The position numbers and the translations under genes are program-made. A stretch of 64,000 nt of DNA. Origin: Candidatus Deferrimicrobiaceae bacterium (GTDB lineage: Bacteria; Desulfobacterota; Deferrimicrobia; Deferrimicrobiales; Deferrimicrobiaceae). The stretch covers positions 32,001 to 96,000 of the forward strand of contig CAWBVY010000005.1 of the NCBI GenBank assembly GCA_963792415.1, written 5' to 3'. The notes beneath the pieces are model-generated. The model did no database searches and was not told the DNA's origin. It was given only the letters and a program-made list of their open reading frames with translations. Shown piece by piece: positions 61,974 to 64,000 of this stretch. Positions within the stretch are counted from its first letter, which is position 1; the number at the start of each line of letters is the position of its first letter.

Positions 61974-62597
61974 TCACGATATTGGGTGGAGCACGATATC
62001 AAGGAAGAGCTTCTGCAGTTCGATGATACCTGTCCTGAGGTTACCTCGGGTCTGCCACCAATGATCCGGGTCGAATTTCGAGTAACGGCTGGAATGGACG
62101 ATCAGGGTGACAGGTTGTCCTTTCAGGGCTCGCCGAAGGACCCGGCCAACGCGTCTGGAGTGATCACAGGTGGTGACCAAGACAACTGAGCGAAATCGAC
62201 GCTGTTCGAGCCAACCAGGAAGAACCTGGCCTTCTTCCTCAGTACCGGCAACCGCCCGCGGGATCCGCACGACATGTGTGACTCCCAAAGCGTCCAGCTC
62301 TCCAATGGACAGGGCAGCTTGGTCGTGGTAAGGCACTCCGCGTCTGATGAATTCGCGATCCACTTCGTCCGGGGGATCGTTGAACACTGCCACTATGGGA
62401 GCGACACCGCGATGAAATAGATCGGCGGCTTCCAGAACGCCCGCCTCACGAGCGTCGATTGAGACGACAATGACATCCGCGGAAGCGACCGGATTGGCCA
62501 CGACCAGGAGGCGTCCGGCCGCAGCCAGGATGGGCGCCCTGAACGCGAGCGCCAGCAGAAGAACGAGGCACACGCCTGCTGCGACAGGCCTTCGCAT
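61974..62597 (-). CDS. YdcF/DUF218-like membrane-anchored protein
   Basis: N-terminal TM, ADVIVV, EAADLF..G, GTEEE, SVVLVTT.DHSRR, WWQ...IELQKL; SD GAGGT. Confidence 0.75.
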   Translation of the reverse strand: MRRPVAAGVCLVLLLALAFRAPILAAAGRLLVVANPVASADVIVVSIDAREAGVLEAADLFHRGVAPIVAVFNDPPDEVDREFIRRGVPYHDQAALSIGELDALGVTHVVRIPRAVAGTEEEGQVLPGWLEQRRFRSVVLVTTCDHSRRVGRVLRRALKGQPVTLIVHSSRYSKFDPDHWWQTRGNLRTGIIELQKLFLDIVLHPIS

Positions 62598-62635
62598 ATG
62601 CCACCTCACGGGTATGTTCGGGGTGTTTTGACGAA

Positions 62636-62896
62636 TCAGGGGGAATCTTCGGGCTTCTTCCCCCTGCATCCGTCGCGGTATCCGCGGGCATAGGCCACGA
62701 CGGGGGAATCGCCGCCAATCCTGTCCGCGATTTCGTGAAGGTGATCATGGTCGCGGTAGGATGCCCACGTATTGTCCTGAAAACGGAACCTGATCCCCTG
62801 ACGATACCCCCGCCAGTATTCCGCCTGCCTCGGTTCGGAGTTCGCGATCATCCGATCTATCGGGCAGAGCAGAGTTTCATATTCCGATGGGTCCAA
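62636..62896 (-). CDS. Small hypothetical protein (86 aa) with duplicated YxRGYRxG motif
   Basis: Strong SD (AAGGGAGGGAG) before TTG; YWRGYRQG and YARGYRDG; fits between neighbours in the same orientation. Confidence 0.6.
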   Translation of the reverse strand: MDPSEYETLLCPIDRMIANSEPRQAEYWRGYRQGIRFRFQDNTWASYRDHDHLHEIADRIGGDSPVVAYARGYRDGCRGKKPEDSP

Positions 62897-62962
62897 TCTC
62901 CCTCCCTTGTCCCCGCGAAAACCGGGTCCGCAGGAGGTTATCGGAAGATGCGGGTGGAATCT

Positions 62963-63623
62963 TCAGGGGGTTCCCCTACGCGACTCGTCATCAGCGGATC
63001 CCGTTTCCTGCCGCCAGATGTCCTGCAACTCCCGGATCGCGGTCTCCGGATCCGGCCGCCGGGTGACCGCGCGCACGACGCAGAAGTTCCGGGCGCCGTT
63101 GCGGAGAACCTCCGCGAGGTTCCCGAGGTCGATCCCGCCAAGGGCGACGGCCGGTACCGGTACCGAACGAATGATCGCCCCCATCCGCTCGGGGCCGAGG
63201 ACCGGGTCGGGGATCGCCTTCGTCGGGGTGGCGAACACGGGTCCGACCCCGATGTAGTCGGGCGACTGGTGCGACGCCAGGAGCGCCTCCCGCTCGTTGT
63301 GGGTCGATAGTCCGAAACGCTTTCCCGGGCACGGGCCACAGGCGCCGCGCCTCTTCGATCGGCAGGTCGCGCTGTCCGAGGTGCACCCCGTCGGCGTCGA
63401 CATCGCGGGCAATCGTCACGTCGTCGTTGACGATGAACAGGGTGTCGCTGCCGAGGGTGACCTTGCGCACGCGCCGGGCGGTTTCGAGAACGGCATCCCG
63501 AGGCGCCTCCTTCATCCGGAGCTGGAGATACCGGACGCCGCAGCGGACCGCCGCTTCTGCGCACGCCTCGTATCCGACCATCGGGTCGGTCATGACGAGA
63601 TACAGCCCGAACGCGTCATCCAT
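62963..63623 (-). pseudogene. thiE: Thiamine-phosphate synthase with single-base frameshift near 63321-63329
   Basis: GLYLV, LQLRMK, FIVNDD, ADGVHLGQRD in one frame; GLSTH, DYIGVGPVFATPTK, VALGGI in the +1 frame. Confidence 0.85.
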
Positions 63624-64000
63624 GCCCGTCTCCCCCCACGTCCCGGAACGTGCTGTCCCAGTTCTTGAATACCGGCTCCAGCCCCCGGCTCCGCAGCATC
63701 GAGCAGAATTCCGGCACGCCCCGCGTGTCGCTGACTTCGAACTGGCCTTCGGTTGCCGGCTCCGCCTCTCCGTAGCCGCCGACACTTGTGCGGCTTCCCG
63801 CGCTCATCTTCGAGATCCCGAGCCCGGCCATCCCGTCCCGGAATTCCGGCCGCTCGCGCGTCGAGAGCAGGAGAGGGACATCCGGGAGAACGATCCGGAC
63901 CGCGAACACCAGCCGCGCCAGCCACGCCTCGTCCACGGGGAACGTCGCCGAGAAATTCCCCGACTGGGGCCGCAGGCGGGGGAACGAAAGCGTGATCCCC
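63616..64000 (-). CDS. thiH: 2-iminoacetate synthase ThiH (radical SAM), C-terminal part; 5' end outside the window
   Basis: SFPRLRP, LSTRE..FRD, MSAGSRTSVGGY, QFEVSD.R, G.EPV.KNWD; adjacent to thiE. Confidence 0.9.
   Translation of the reverse strand, partial: GITLSFPRLRPQSGNFSATFPVDEAWLARLVFAVRIVLPDVPLLLSTRERPEFRDGMAGLGISKMSAGSRTSVGGYGEAEPATEGQFEVSDTRGVPEFCSMLRSRGLEPVFKNWDSTFRDVGGDGHG

Noticed and set aside
62964-62986. GGGGGTTCCCCTACGCGAC as an att duplicate of the tRNA-Glu 3' end
   Set aside because: Only a short gapped similarity, and it lies within the thiE coding end.

Overview
This is a high-GC bacterial chromosome segment of almost entirely core genes. Gene order resembles Desulfobacterota/'deltaproteobacteria' (inference from synteny only). 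Left end: USP, cyclophilin, a MacAB-TolC-type exporter, a CinA-like protein, purMN and rpmB. Two long, tightly overlapping minus-strand gene runs follow. The first (40.5-10 kb) is TPR membrane protein-DUF4388-phoH-7TM/HD-ybeY-lnt-prfB-lysS-lolCD-bamA-skp-lpxD-fabZ-lpxA-lpxB-msbA-waaA-lpxK-lpxL-gmhB-DUF3108-Trm112-heptose kinase-yicC-gmk-rpoZ-rel-ridA. The second (58.8-42.2 kb) is yceD-rpmF-plsX-fabHDG-acpP-fabF-rpiB/glyA-deaminase-nrdR-ribD/E/BA/H-nusB-leuS-lptE-holA. They are separated by a plus-strand mazG-rpsT block. Right end: amrB, gltX, tRNA-Gln(CTG), tRNA-Glu(CTC), a small lower-GC islet (Sel1 pseudogene, YdcF-like gene, 86-aa orphan) and thiE/thiH. The main unexplained signal is non-coding. 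A modular, hairpin-rich intergenic repeat family occurs at four loci, with six copies of a ~60-bp unit carrying an invariant GGGGTACCCC palindrome. Three of the copies form a tandem array just upstream of the rpsT promoter, next to a phased cluster of four DnaA-box-like sites. Also seen: the programmed +1 frameshift of prfB, two genes broken by one extra base (ydcF-like, thiE), and an in-frame rpiB-glyA fusion that could be a third such +1 event. No transposase, integrase, cas gene or rRNA is present. All calls come from motif recognition by eye; no database search was run.
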